Positions 50,701-64,000 of a DNA stretch of 64,000 nucleotides are shown in pieces (position 1 is the first letter of the stretch; each line of letters starts with the position of its first letter). Made by a program: the position numbers and the translations under genes. The stretch is from Octopus sinensis (lineage: Eukaryota), in NCBI RefSeq assembly GCF_006345805.1, contig NC_043013.1, forward strand, positions 26,970,001 through 27,034,000. The letters run 5' to 3'. The notes under the pieces were generated by a model. It saw nothing but the letters and a program-made list of their open reading frames with translations. It made no database searches and was not told where the DNA came from.

Positions 50701-51138
50701 AAAGAAGCCTGATCATGTATCTGAAATTTTTCTCAACTTCTTGAAGTTGATGACTAAGAATTTCATTAAATCACCCTTTTAATTTTTTTGTAATTTTGTT
50801 TGTTGGTATTTTCGCAACTATTTAAAGTGGGTTAAAAAAGGATTGTGTATACAGTATAAATATTTCACTATACTTTGATCCCCGCCCCCAGTTAGAAAAC
50901 ATCATTGTGTACATTATTTAAGAAATCTATCTATAAAACCAAATTCTCAGAATTTAGCTCTTATGTGCTTCCCTCATTGAATAATAATGTACCATCACCT
51001 ATTTCTTAATAATCCAACTTTCATTTTCCCAGATTTTTATTTAATATATCTATTTATATATGTTCAAAAAGTTTGCATGAGGATGGTTTTGAAAACTTTT
51101 AAACTGCTCTCTCTTCTAAGTACCATAACTTCTCCACT

Positions 51139-51165
51139 GTTGCCATGGTTACCCAAAATGGCTGC
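51139..51165. promoter_or_regulatory. RFX X-box with adjacent YY1-like site
   Basis: GTTGCCATGGTTAC (reverse complement GTAACC-AT-GGCAAC) followed by CAAAATGGCTGC. Confidence 0.45.
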
Positions 51166-51924
51166 TAACATGGTACCACCTAAACAGATCTCTTCTCCTG
51201 ATTCTCTCAGTTTATATCTCTGCAACATATTTCTGAAGAGCACACGTCTCAAACTGGATAAAATATTTAGCAAAGACAGTAAAATATCAGTTTGACCCAC
51301 TGGAAGGCAAACAGTGTTAATTATTTGAGAATAGAGTGTGAGAGAGAACTAGTCATCACTGGTGCATGTTAAGTCTTCTCTTAACATTTCATTTAACCCT
51401 AAGATCCAGTAATACATACTATCCATCCCTTAAAAAACAACAGCCACAAATCTTCACATACACACACCCGACCCATTTACTTGAGAATTTCCTGTTTTAT
51501 TTTGCTGTAATCGTTTATAATTTTTCTCTGTCTCTGTCTGTCGTCTCTCTCTCTCTCTCTCCCTATCTATCTCTTTTCCAAGCCAAGCTCTGTACAAGCT
51601 TGTTTATCTTGCTATGTACTTCACCTGTTTCTTCCAAATGTATTAATGCTTCATGGGAATTACATGTTAGGTCAGCCATCCTGTCAAATTATCCAAAGTT
51701 GTGCAGCAGTCAGCTTAACTCCTGGCTTTTTAAGTTTACTGATTTTTAATATACAGCAACTAGACTACACTGGATGAAGGTAGTAGTAGGGTACATACAT
51801 ATATACATAATATTGAATTTTATTATATTGTAGACTTTACTTGGTTTTGATGGCTTAGCACCAATCAGCAGGGTGGTAGGATGATTATTGAAATGTTTCC
51901 CATTATTGTTATTATTATTATTAA

Positions 51925-52040
51925 ACTTTGCTTTTCATCCTTTTGGAGTCAATAAATTAAATACCAGCAAAACACTGCGGTCAGTGTAATCAAGTAGTTC
52001 CCTCCCCCAAATTTCAGGCCTTGTGCCTATAATAGAAAGG

Positions 52041-52099
<59 letters not shown>

Positions 52100-52405
52100 A
52101 ATTCCACTGAGGTCAACTTTGCTTTTCATCTTTTTGGGGTCGATAAAATAAGTACCGGTTTAACACTGAGCTGAAGTAATTGACTCAATCCTGCTCTGGA
52201 AATTGCTGGCCTTGTGCCAAATTACAAAATCATCATTGTTATTATTGTTATTATTATTATTATTCAAATTCTACCAAGGTTTTCTTTGCCTTTCATCCTT
52301 TTTGGGGTCAAAATATGTACCAGTTAAACATTGGGTTGAAGTAATCAACTAGCTCCCTTCCTCCCCAAAATTTTTCATGGCCTTGTGCCTAGAGTAGAAA
52401 AAAAT
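51925..52405 (+). repeat. Three consecutive 5'-truncated Nin-type SINE pieces separated by (ATT)n
   Basis: CTTTGC(T/C)TTTCATC..TACC..GGCCTTGTGCC occurs three times. Confidence 0.75.
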
Positions 52406-55400
52406 AATAATTATTATTATTATTTGCAGTTTATCCCTTGTTAAAACTTAGTGTGCTTTTTGCAGCACTGTGAGTCATATTCTATCTATGAAACTATAAA
52501 AATACCTTTGTGGGTTTTCTGTGATCAACTTCCTAAACTCGTTCTCCAAACTGTCTGTCTGTTCTCTATTTCGGCTGATCTCCTTGAGTGAGAGGGTTGA
52601 ACACCATCACAATATTTCATTTCTGCTTTCTAATAATCCTGAAGCAAAATGTTATAGTTTACCATTTTGTTTAGTTATGCAAAATGAAAAAGAAAGAAAC
52701 AAAAGGTTGAATTATTGCAGTACAATTCATTTAGGTTTTTTTTCTTCTTTTTTTTTTTAAATGATTTTTCTGGAGGAAATTATTCTCTCAATATTAGTTT
52801 CTACTAATTATATTCTGGTCTTAATTAGTTAATCCTGTATTTTTTTTAATAACAAACTATTTTGTCTAAACACAAAACATTCTCTCACTTTATAAACAGA
52901 TCATTTGAATAATAAAATACACTGCAAACCTCCAATACACTTGTTCAAATATGATCGGAGAAGCATATAATATTAATTAATGCTTCATGTTTCATGAAAA
53001 TGGACAGTTTTGTGAAAATCAGGTGATACTGCATTTCTGATGCCTCTATATAATAATAATTATTTCACATGAAAAAATTAACTGTAATAATAATAACAAT
53101 AATAATGATAATAATAATTTGAAGATATTCAAATTCAAAGTATCGAACATCTTTTTCTGTTTTTATATTTTACAGGCATTTAGTTAATTATATTATTGTA
53201 AAAGCAAAATATCTGAATTTATGATTTAGAAAACAATAACGACATTGACTTATTTTTATTTGTTTTATTTATTATATTAGTTTTGAGAAACTGCCAAATC
53301 TCAAACTGAATGATTTTCTTCATATCCTCTCCATTTGTGAAGAAGTATTAAAATAAAAATCAATATTTATTTATTATTATTACCATTTGTAAGTGCTTGA
53401 TTGTCTGTATCAAACTTAATGGATATTAGCATACACAGACACACACACACATATATACTCAAGCACACACACACACAAATTTACTGATAAGTAATGTTTC
53501 ACTCATTGAGACTGAATGAATTGTAGTAATAATGTTTATCTATATTGTATTAAATTAAAATTTGTTCCGGAAAATTCTTCTCATCAGTCTATTTTTCTGT
53601 CATCCATCTAGTGTAATAAATAATATGTTTAAAAATACAGCAATGCAGTGATGATATTTTGGTTTTCTTCAGATGACTAATGACCTTCAAACAAATGCTT
53701 GATGAGCTTCTATGATTTCTAACATCAGCTTGACCTTAATAAGTCATATTGCTGAAAAAGCTGGTTATGGTTTTTTTTTTTTTTTAATTTTTATATTTTA
53801 TCACTTTCTCACTCCACAGGTTCTGTCATTACTATTAAATAACCAATTTTCAGTCAGATAAACACAGTCTAAACCAGTGTTTAGCTCAACGTTTCCCAAA
53901 CATTTTTACTCTTGAAGAATCCTTGGAATACATTCCATGTCTCAGGATCATCTTCATCATCATCATCATCATCATTTGCTGTCTACTTGGCATGGATTGG
54001 ACACTTTGACAAGAACTGGCAAGCCAAAAAACTGCACCAGGCTCTAATATCTGCTTTTTGGCATGGTTTCTACAAGTGGGTTTCCTTCCTAACGCCACCA
54101 ACTTTATAGACTCTACCAGATGCTTTTTACTTGGCACCAGAAGCGCAGTAAAATGGGTGGAGATTGGATTTCCTCATTGAAAGCTTATAAAGAATATTCT
54201 TCACCAATTACAATATAAAATGAAATTTTTAACGTTCTCTTCTCCATGCTTGCATGGGTCAGATGGAATTCCTTGAGTTAGATTTTCTACAGCCAGGTGC
54301 CCTTCCTGTCATCAACCCTCACCCATTTCCAAAAAGGTAACATTTCCCCATGACTGGATTCATTTTTACCTTGCACTGGAAATGAGGATATTGCTTGTTT
54401 ACAATAATTGTGTAATGTCAGGATAAAAAGACTCAAACACACACATGCACATGTGTGTTTGTGTATTTATCATCATCATCATTATTGTTTTAATGACTAC
54501 TCTCTCGTCCATGCATGGATCAGACAGAATTTGTTGTGGTGGATTTTCTACAGCTGGATGCTCTTCCTGTCAGCAACCCTCACCTGTTTCCAAGTAAGAT
54601 AATATTTCCCTATGATGATGTGTTTCCGTTGAAGATTGGAAATGAACGATACTCATGCAATATCAAAAATGGTAACACACATATACACATAGATATGAGC
54701 TTCTTTCAGTTTCCATCTACCAAATCCATTCTTGTGGCTTTGGTTGGCCCAGAATTATTAGAAGACACCTGGCGAGCAGTGAGACTGCTCTTGAAACCAT
54801 GTGGCTTGGAAACAAACTTCTTAATTACATAACAATGGCACTGACAACCATTTACAACTGACATAAGATGCCATTTAAGACAAAGACACACAAACAAATG
54901 CATACACATGACAGGCTTCTTTCAGTTTCTGTCTACCAAATCCGTTCATGAGGCTTTGGCCAGCTTGGAGCTTTAATAGAAGACACTTGCCCAAGGTACA
55001 GTGGGATTCAACTCAAAACAGTGTAGTTGGGAAACAAACAGTTTGAAGCTACAACAAAAAAAAAAAAAATTTTTTTAAGTGCATGATTATGGTTGCTACT
55101 CCTCTCAAGAAAGTGATGAAGTTTTGCTAAAATTTGAAGAAATTATTGTTACTATCATTATTAGTGCATCAAACTGTCTTTGTGTTATTTCACCTGATTC
55201 TTTATATTCTGGGTTCACATCCCATCAAAGTCAGTTTTGCCTTTCATACTTTCAAGGCCTGTAAAATACGTATCAGTTAAATACTGGGGTCAATGATATC
55301 AACTAATGTCTCTTCCTAGCTTTGTCCACCAATATCATCTTTGCCTTTCATACTTCTGGGCTTGATGTAATTGACTGGCCCCCCTCCCCTCAAAATTTCT

Positions 55401-58400
55401 GGCTTTGAGTTCTTATCAAGGCAGTGGACTGGCACAGTCCTTATGCTAGTAGTATTTTTTCTGACTCCTAATGTTCTGAAATCAAATCCCATTGATGTCA
55501 ACTTAACTTTACATTCCTTTTGGTTGATAGAACCAGTTGCGTACAGGGGGTCAGTGTAATCAATGAACCGCAAACCCCAAAATTTTAAACCTTGTGCCTG
55601 AGTTAGAAATAATATTATTAAAAGCACCATCCGAATATGGCCGATGGTAGCACTGTCTTGACTGGCTCCCATGCCACTGGCATGTAAAAAGCACCATCCG
55701 ATCATGGTTGATGCCAGCTTCCTCTGGCCCCTGTGCCGGTGGCACATAAAAAGAGCACCCACTACACTCTCGGAATGGTTGGCATTAGGAAGGGCATCCA
55801 GCTATAGAAACCCTGCCAGATCAAACTGGAGACTGGTGCAGTCTCCTGGCTTCCCAGACCCCAGTCGAACTGTCCAACCCATGCCAGCATGGAAAATGGA
55901 TGTTAAACGATGATGATGATATTATGTCGGTGAGCTTGCAGAATGCCTCGTGTCGTTTCATCTATCTTTGCGTTCTCAGTTTGAATTCTGCTCAGGTGAA
56001 TGTTGCCTTTCGTCTTTTTGGCGTCAATGTAATCAACTTCCCCTCTCCTCAAAATCTGCTTGCCCTGGTGCTAAAATTTGAATCCTTTATGAAAGTGGTG
56101 GGTTAGCAGATATAGCATTGCATTCTGAAATCAAATCCCGCTGGTCATCTTTGCCTTTCATCCTTTCCTTTCAGGTTCAATAAAATAAGTACCAGTTGTG
56201 CACTGGAGGAAATATAATTGACTTACCCCCCCTCCCTAAAATTGCTGGCCTTGTGTTGAAATTTGAAATCATTATTTCTTTATTGCCTACAAGGGGCTAA
56301 ACATAGAGGGGACAAACAAGGACAAAGGGATTAATTCGATTACATCGACCCCAGTGCGTAACTGGTTCTTAATTTATCGACCCCGAAAGGATGATAGGCA
56401 AAGTCGACCTTGGCAGAACTTGAACTCAGAATGTAATGGCAGACAAATTACCGCTAAGCACTTCGCCCGGCATGCTAACATTTCTGCTAGCTCGCCACCT
56501 TTGAAATCATTATTATTCACTGTTCCCTTTGTCCAGATTTGTTGCTTTTGCTTATGTTGGAAACGACTATTGGCCAACACAGACATTGCTGTATGGTTTT
56601 GACTTTTTGCTTTCCAATTACGAGGTTCAATCCTACTGTATTTGAAGAAACTGAAAGAAGCCCATCATATTTTTGTGTAGCCTCTGTGCCAGTGGCATGT
56701 AAAAAGCACCCGCTACACTCTTGGAGTGGTTGGCGTTAAGAAGGGCATCCAGCTGTAGAAACTCTGCTTGACCAGATTGGAGCCTGGTGCAGCCGCTGCT
56801 CTCCAGATCTCAGTCAAACTGTCCAACCCATGCCAGCATGGAAAACGGATGTTAATTGATGATGAGGATGATGATATATACATGTGTGTGTGTGTGTGAT
56901 TGCATCACTGTCATACAAGCATGGTAACAGGGCCACCATAAGGAAATATTAACTTGCTTGGAAACAGGTGAGGGTTGGTGACAGGAAGGGCATCTGGCTA
57001 CAGAAAATCCACTTCTACAGATTCTGTTTGACCCATGCGAGCATGGAAAATTGGATGTTACAATGATGATGATAGAAACGATGATTAGCATCGTTACATC
57101 ACTATTGATTAAATCCTTTGATTCTCTTGTGTTCTTACACCTGATCGTGACATCTTTTAATCACTGAGGAAAGCTTGACCAATGAGAAATAGCAGCAAAA
57201 TCTTCCTGAGATTAATTCCTATCATTTTGGTTGGTCATATTTGATAAAGTAGTCCTAGATTTTTATCATACAAAGGGGATGAAATGGTCAGCACTGATGA
57301 AGAAAGATGTGAACTGTCTTCGCAGTCTTTTCGCATTCTAGTTTTCCATTCCTCTCCTTTTCAATCTATATAAATATAGTGTTTTTTTTTTCTGTTTTAT
57401 CTTATTTTATTTTTATTATTTTCTCCCCTCCTTCTCTCCTCTCTTCCTTCTGCCCTCTCTTTCTTTCTGTCTTTCTCTTCCAAGAACAAAACTTCCTTTA
57501 AGGCATGTATTAACAGTTTTCCTTTTCTTCGACTCAAAAATTAACATTTAATTGCATTCTTCTCTCATCCATCCATCCATACACACATCTCTCCACTCCC
57601 CACTCCTCCTTAGAAGAAAAAAAGAAAACCAACTACAAAAAATGAAATTCTCATGAGACTCTGAATGAAGTTGAACCGTGTATGGAATATGATATTAGAA
57701 CTTTTTTAACTCATCTGTAGCTGACATTTACTCTTGTTTCTCTTGTGTGTGTGTGTGAGAGCAAGAGAAAGGGAGATATATATGAGTGTGTGTGTTTACC
57801 ATTTTCGTTTTGTTACTAACTTGGTTGTTCTGTAACATTTGCTTTTTCTTTATTTTTTTAATTCATATTTGTGAGGTTGTTTTTTGTTTTTTTTCCTCCT
57901 GTATTTTTAAATGTGTAAAAAAGCATACACACACACACACTTTACATACACACCACTCTTTTCATCCGTTTTCCTTCTTACTGGCACCATTCATATACAA
58001 GAAGAGTCTGCTCTTATCTACGTGTATTCAGGAATATTGTCTTGTTTGTTTGTTTGTTTCTTCATTGTTAATCCCACTATTCTTGCTTGTTCATTCTCTT
58101 CCCAAACGTTCTAGACCCTTGTGGCTAATGGATATCATCATCATCATCATCATTGGATTGACAGAAGCATTTGAGTAGCAAACAATAATTACAGCATCTC
58201 TTTTAGTTCTTAATGTTCTGTGTTCAAATTCCACTGAGGTCAGCTTCACCTTTCTTCCTTCCAAGATGGATAAAATTAAGGTACCTGCCAAATACTGGAG
58301 GTCGCCATAATCAACTTGACCCTTTCTTTCAAAATCACTGGTCTTATTTCAAGCATACTGGATTTTGAATCCAAAGGCCCATAAGTTCAAATCTCATTAA

Positions 58401-59243
58401 GGATTCAAATTCTTTTATAGCAGTGAACTGGCAGAATTGTTAGCACACCAGGCAAAATGCTTAATGGCATTTCATCTGTCTTTTTGTTTTGAGTTCAAAT
58501 TCTACCAAGGTTGACTTTGCCTTTCATACTTTCAGGTTTGATAAAATAAGTACCAGTTGAACACTGGGGATCGATTGTAATCAAGTCATTCCTTCCCACA
58601 TAATTTTTACCCTTGTGGCAAAATTTGAAGCTATAATTATTATTATTCCAAGCCCTCATCAATTTTTTCAAATTTCACTTGAAAAAGAAGTTGAGGATGC
58701 AGAGGAAAGTGTTGCCTTGTAGCAAGTTTGTTAAAAGGTGAGTGAATGTTGGAAGAATGGCCAGTGTGAAAGGACCAATTCTGAGTGTGCACCTATAAAA
58801 AGGGAAAGAAGTGCTCTTTCCCTGTTGTTTAGGCACCCATGGCTTTTGTGGGTTTTTCCATGAGGATCTTAAAGCGCCTCTCCCATTAGGAGTTTTAATT
58901 TGTTCAATTTTTACCATTATTATTATTATATTGTGTACATGCCATTGTCTCGTCCTGTTTTTTGTCTTTTAATGTCATTTTATGTGATCCCCTGTGGCTA
59001 GTAAAAGAATAAATTATTATTATAATGAAAGGCGGTGAGCTGGCAGAAACGTTAGCACACTGGGCAAAATGCTTAGTGGTATTTCATCTGTCTTTACATT
59101 CTGAATTAAAATTCCCTGGAGGTCAGTTTTACCTTTCATCTTTTCAGGGTCGATAAATTAAGTACTAGTTGCATACTGGGGTCGATCTAATCGACTGCAC
59201 CCCCTCCCCAAAAATTTTGAGCCTTGTGCCTAGAGTAGAAAAG

Positions 59244-59635
59244 ATTATTATTATTATTATTATTGAGTGAGAGAGCAGTGTATGCCATCAAAGTGACACT
59301 AGAGTAAAATATACGAAGCCCAGTATACCCATCATGACTACCCATCTGATAAGGGTACACCAGGCACATGTATCTTAACCATATGTGCATGGCATGGTGA
59401 TCTCATATCAAGATAAACAGTGCATGACCTTGCAGGTGAGACCCAGTTAGAATTTTCTTCTGATCGAGTAGCCCATCCCGCTCAAAAGTTCCTTGAATAA
59501 GGATTGTTTAAGGATGTTGAATGAACCAGCCATGTTTCCAAAGGTGAATTATCCAAACCTTCAAGAATTCGTTTCAACACATGGCTATGATGCTCCCCTA
59601 CTACTTCTACTCGTGGTCAGAGATGCACATATCAT
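59244..59635 (-). mobile_element. Probable non-LTR retroelement 3' UTR with (TAA)n tail
   Basis: GC-richer segment ending CTCTCTCACTC(AAT)n on the minus strand. The family was recognised only from memory. Confidence 0.45.
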
Positions 59636-60120
59636 TGATCTGGTACTGGAGAAGGATTCTGGATTATTTTTCCATTTTTTAAACTTAATTTTTGAGAGCA
59701 CAATTCTCACAGCTAAGTGAGTTACTTAGCACAACTGCAGGCAGACAAATGTCTGGGACCCAGTGAGAATTTCTTATTTGCGAAAAGAAAAACAATATCA
59801 AATAACAAAACCCCGCTAAATCCCCACCCCCTCTCAACAGATGCCTACCTTACAGTTGCGCCTTCAACGTTCTTCACTTCAAGAGCATTGCGAAAGCAAT
59901 GTCTTGACAATACCAGTGTAGCAGTAACTGACTAACGCATGCGCAGTAAACAGTAAACAGCCAGTCCCTCTTGCTAAATTTCAGGCCTTGTGTCTGAAAT
60001 TGTTTTTGCTTTTTCTTTACCTTAATGTACTATTGTTATATCTATTATATATTTACTCTTCTACTTGATTCAGTCATTAGACTGTGGCCATGCTGGGGCA
60101 CCACCTTGGAAGAATTTTAA

Positions 60121-60330
60121 CCCTTTCATTACCAACCCGGCTGAAACCGGCTCTGGCTCTGAGTACAAATGTTTTGTTTTCATAAGTTTTGAATTTTCCA
60201 CCAAACCTTAGTCACAATTTATGTTCCTAACACTAACTTAATGAAAAATTATTTTACTAAATTTTTCGTTATATTTAAAGTAATTGAAAGAAACACAGAG
60301 CATCCCAAAATAAATACTGTAACGAAAGGG
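60121..60330. mobile_element. piggyBac-type MITE nested in a SINE
   Basis: TTAA|CCCTTTCATTAC ... GTAACGAAAGGG|TTAA. Confidence 0.85.
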
Positions 60331-61565
60331 TTAAAGCAGATGAATCAATTCCTGTACTTTGTTTTACCAAACCACTAAGTTATGGGGATGTAAACAAACC
60401 AACAGCAGTTGTCAAGTAGTGGTGCAGGACAAACACAAAGACACACACTCACACACACACATGATGGGCTTCTTTCAGTTTCTGTCTACCAAATCCACTC
60501 ACAGGGCTTTGGTCTACCCAGGGTTACAGTTGAAGATGCTTGCCTGAGGTACCACACACTGGGATTGAATCTTGAACTATATGGTTGAGAAACAAACTTC
60601 TCACCACATAGCCATTGAAATTTTCAAGAGAAGTGATTTTCCTTTGACGTTTATAATGGAATACTGAAAAGTTGGATAAAAGAAAATACAGGAAGATCAG
60701 TTAATTATAATTTTATTCAACATATTACCCTGTCAGATTCACACAGTTATTGCAGCGATTCTTCAGTTATTCGACGCCCTGTAGAAGAACTTGGAAGGCT
60801 GGGCCTCCAACCAGGCCTTTCGTGGTGCCTTTAAAACCAGGAACTATTTAGCACCCCACTTGTGCATACAGCTCTCCACAGGCACCACTATAAGGGTTGC
60901 AGCAAGTTTCTTTTTCACCCCCACTCCCATCTTCATTGCCCCATCTCCACCATGATATTTTTCTTTTGATATAAACTAGAGAATCCTGTTATAATTTTGA
61001 AATATTAATAAGTGATTGTTTTTATTAAAATTTTGAAAATTTTGTGCATATGCCTGTGTGTGTGTATGGCTGTGTGGTAAGAAGTTTGCTTCCTAACCAC
61101 AAGGTTCCAGGTTCAGTCCCACTGTGTGGCACCTTGAACAAGTGTCTTCCAGTGTAACCCTGAGGTAACCACAACCTTGTAAGTGAAGCTGGCCGACGGA
61201 AACTGAAAGAGGCTCATCACATATAAGTGTGTGTCTTTGTGTTTGTCTCCCACCACTGCCTGATGACCAGTATTGGTTTGTTTGCATCCCTATGGCTTTG
61301 TGGTTTGACAAAGGAGACCAATAAAATAAGTACCAGTCTTAAAAGAAACAAGTCCTGGGATCAATTTGTTTCACTAAAACCTTCAAGGCACTGCTGCAGC
61401 AAGTAGAAGATAAAAAACACATTCACACACACACACACACACACACATATACATATATATACATACATATACATATATATATACACACATATACATATAT
61501 TTATACACACATATACACGTATGCATATATATATACATATATATATGTGTGCGTGTGTATATATA

Positions 61566-62450
61566 CTGGGTCATCCCATTAATAGTGCGGTTTTTTTCAA
61601 TCGCAAGAACTAAAATTCGGAGGGGGATGGGATAAACTACCTGCAATCAACTTGCTATAAAAGCAGGTAGTAATTTTACCTTGTATTATTCTCAGTGAAA
61701 GTTTTGAAGAGTGCAGTTCGATTTTAGCAGTTTTCTTTTTCAAAGCTATAACGGAAGTGACACAGGAGCATATTCAGCATATTTTGTTTTATGAGTTCAA
61801 TAAAGACAACAATGCAATGGAAAGTGTGAGGAATATTAATTCAGTATATGGGGATTGGACAATAAGCGTAAGCCAGTGTCAGCGGTGGTTTCAGAAATTC
61901 CGAGCCAGAAACTACAGCCTAGAAGATGACCCTCGTCCTGGAAGATCTGTAGAGGTTGACAAGGATGTTTTGCAAAACCCTAGTGACTTTGAGGAACCAG
62001 CAGGGTAACTTGGATTTGGTCATTCAACCAGTCATTCAAGTCAGTGCTAGATGAGAAACAACCATCTTTGGTTCAGGATAATATTTGGTCACATACAGCA
62101 AGGATGACACTCCAAAGGCTGGAGCAGTTTGAATGGGAAACGATGCCCCACTAACCATATTCATTGGACATTGTCCCATCTGATTATCATTTATTCTGCA
62201 GTCTTCAAAACCATTCAGATGGGAAAACTATGAATTCTGTAGATGAGGTCAGAACAGTACTGAAGGAGTATTTTTCATCACAGAGAAGTGAATATTGGAA
62301 GAGGGTCCTTGCAAGTCTACCAGATAGATGGAAAAGCATTGTAGAAAATGACGGAGAGTATATTTTAGATTAAAAAAGAATTTTGTTTATCTTAATTTTG
62401 AAAAATAAAAGAAGTATAAAAAAAACTGCATTATTTATGGGATGACCTAA
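61566..62450 (+). mobile_element. Internally deleted mariner transposon
   Basis: TA TSD with TIRs CTGGGTCATCCCATTAATAGTGCGG / CTGCATTATTTATGGGATGACCTAA. HTH remnant QCQRWFQKFRARNYSLEDDPRPGRS and C-terminus YSLDIVPSDYHLFCSL..DRWKSIVENDGEYILD*. Confidence 0.92.
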
Positions 62451-64000
62451 TATGTATGTATATATATGTGTGACTGTGTGTGTGTGTATGTGTTTATATA
62501 TATATATGATATATATAGACAGGCATAGATAGATAGGCAGATAGACAAATGTTTTTGTGTAGTGAGGTGGATAACATTATTATCATAACTTAATGTGAAA
62601 TATTTTGTGCAAAAAAAAAAGGGAAAAACTATGTATTTAATTCCCCTGGATATTTTTGAACATAATCTTAGCTAATTAGCTTCTGCATTTTTGATTGAAT
62701 TTTCTCACCCTTTCCCCCACTCCATTACATTTGGGCTTTTCACTCCTCCTCTCTCTATTTGTCTTTTCCTTTCTTGTTTTAAATTATTACTACTTATAAT
62801 TTGTGCATTAGTCTTTTTTCATTCGAATGTAAGGTTGGTTAGTTGTTTTTTTTTTGTTTTCAAATTTTTATTTTTGCTTTTCTTTTATAAGCATATGCAA
62901 ATCACATTGCAGTTGTTGTTGTCTTTATTTTTCCAACTCGGCTATTTTACTACTCAAGAAAGATGTTGCTTTTCATTTCTCCCTCTTTTTTTTTTTTGTT
63001 TTTTGATTCTTTTGCTAAACCGTGTTTTCAAAGTTTGTTCGTTTTTATTTTTTTAAAGTTTTTTTTTTGTTTCTATTCATTTTAGTTTTTTTTTTCTTTG
63101 ACTTAATGATAATAATTAGCTGTAGCATATTTCAAATATTGAACATGTAGCACAGTGGGAGGTGAGTGGTAGAGTGTGAGGTGGCTGAGGAACCAAGGCA
63201 AATTAAGCTATTAAAACTAGTCCTGTTTCTGTTGTTACTATTATTAATGTCATTTCTAACATTATCAACTCTTCTTGCAGCAGTTGATTCATTTCCTATA
63301 TTTATTGATTTGCATTTAGTTTCTATGGAAACCTTTTGTTGAAATAGAAGCCGAAACACTTATTGTTAAAAGTTGCTGTAGAAAATGGTTCTGTTTTCAG
63401 CCATTCTTCTACTGTTAGCTTCTGTCATAACCACACTGGATAATTTTGATAAATATGTGTGCTTTTGAACCACATTTCAATTGCACTCACACACTTGCAC
63501 ACATAAACACATGCACTCACACACTTATTTACACACATATTGGCACTCACATACACACACAAACAAACAAACAGTTGAGCTGTTTATTTATAGTTCTGTG
63601 AGAGCTTTCTTAATTTTAAGATAATTCCTTGTTTTTCGATTTTTCTCATTAATCCTGCTACGTCTTTCATTACATGCATCATTCTCTCATAACAGTGGCA
63701 TATATTCTGTCATTCTTGGCTATGCAGAGTCTGGTGATTTTTATCTCATAAAAAAGGGGGCTACCCTTATTTTTGTACTGATATAATATACTCTTTTACT
63801 TGTTTCAGTCATTTGACTGCGGCCATACTGGAGCACCGCCTTTAGTCGAGTAAATCGACCCCAGGACTTATTCTTTGTAAGCCTAATGCTTATTCTATCG
63901 GTCTCTTTTGCCGAACCGCTAATTTACAGGGACATAAACACACCAGCATCGATTGTCAAGCGATGTTGGGGGGACAAACACAGACATACAAACATATACA

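Noticed and set aside
57290-57330. Hammerhead-like CTGATGA (also at 48373 and 53581 on the minus strand)
   Set aside because: No properly placed GAAA and no stem I pairing.
63132-63359. 75-aa minus-strand ORF
   Set aside because: Starts at GTG, shows no homology I recognise, and has no supporting splice signals.

Overview
An AT-rich, microsatellite-dense eukaryotic window. Its repeat families point to an octopus (coleoid cephalopod) genome; this is an inference from recalled repeat sequences, not a database result. No intact host coding exon could be supported, and nearly all listed ORFs translate (TA)n/(CA)n/(GA)n tracts or decayed transposons. The window holds three tRNA-derived SINE families and decayed RTE LINEs, including an inverted pair at 25.9-30.7 kb. 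It also holds 3' ends of R4/Dong-like and Tx1-like LINEs, mariner, maT (DD37D) and piggyBac-type DNA elements and MITEs, and non-autonomous Helitrons. A TE-poor block at about 43.5-51.9 kb looks like a promoter/first-exon region. The most striking hidden layer is a set of type I, Penelope-style hammerhead ribozyme motifs from several distinct small non-coding families. Some sit in fold-back insertions, including a tRNA-headed SINE/hammerhead hybrid with a 13-bp TSD and a 34-nt tail at 35482-36019. Also notable is a 10-unit array of putative H-type pseudoknots in an RTE 3' UTR.
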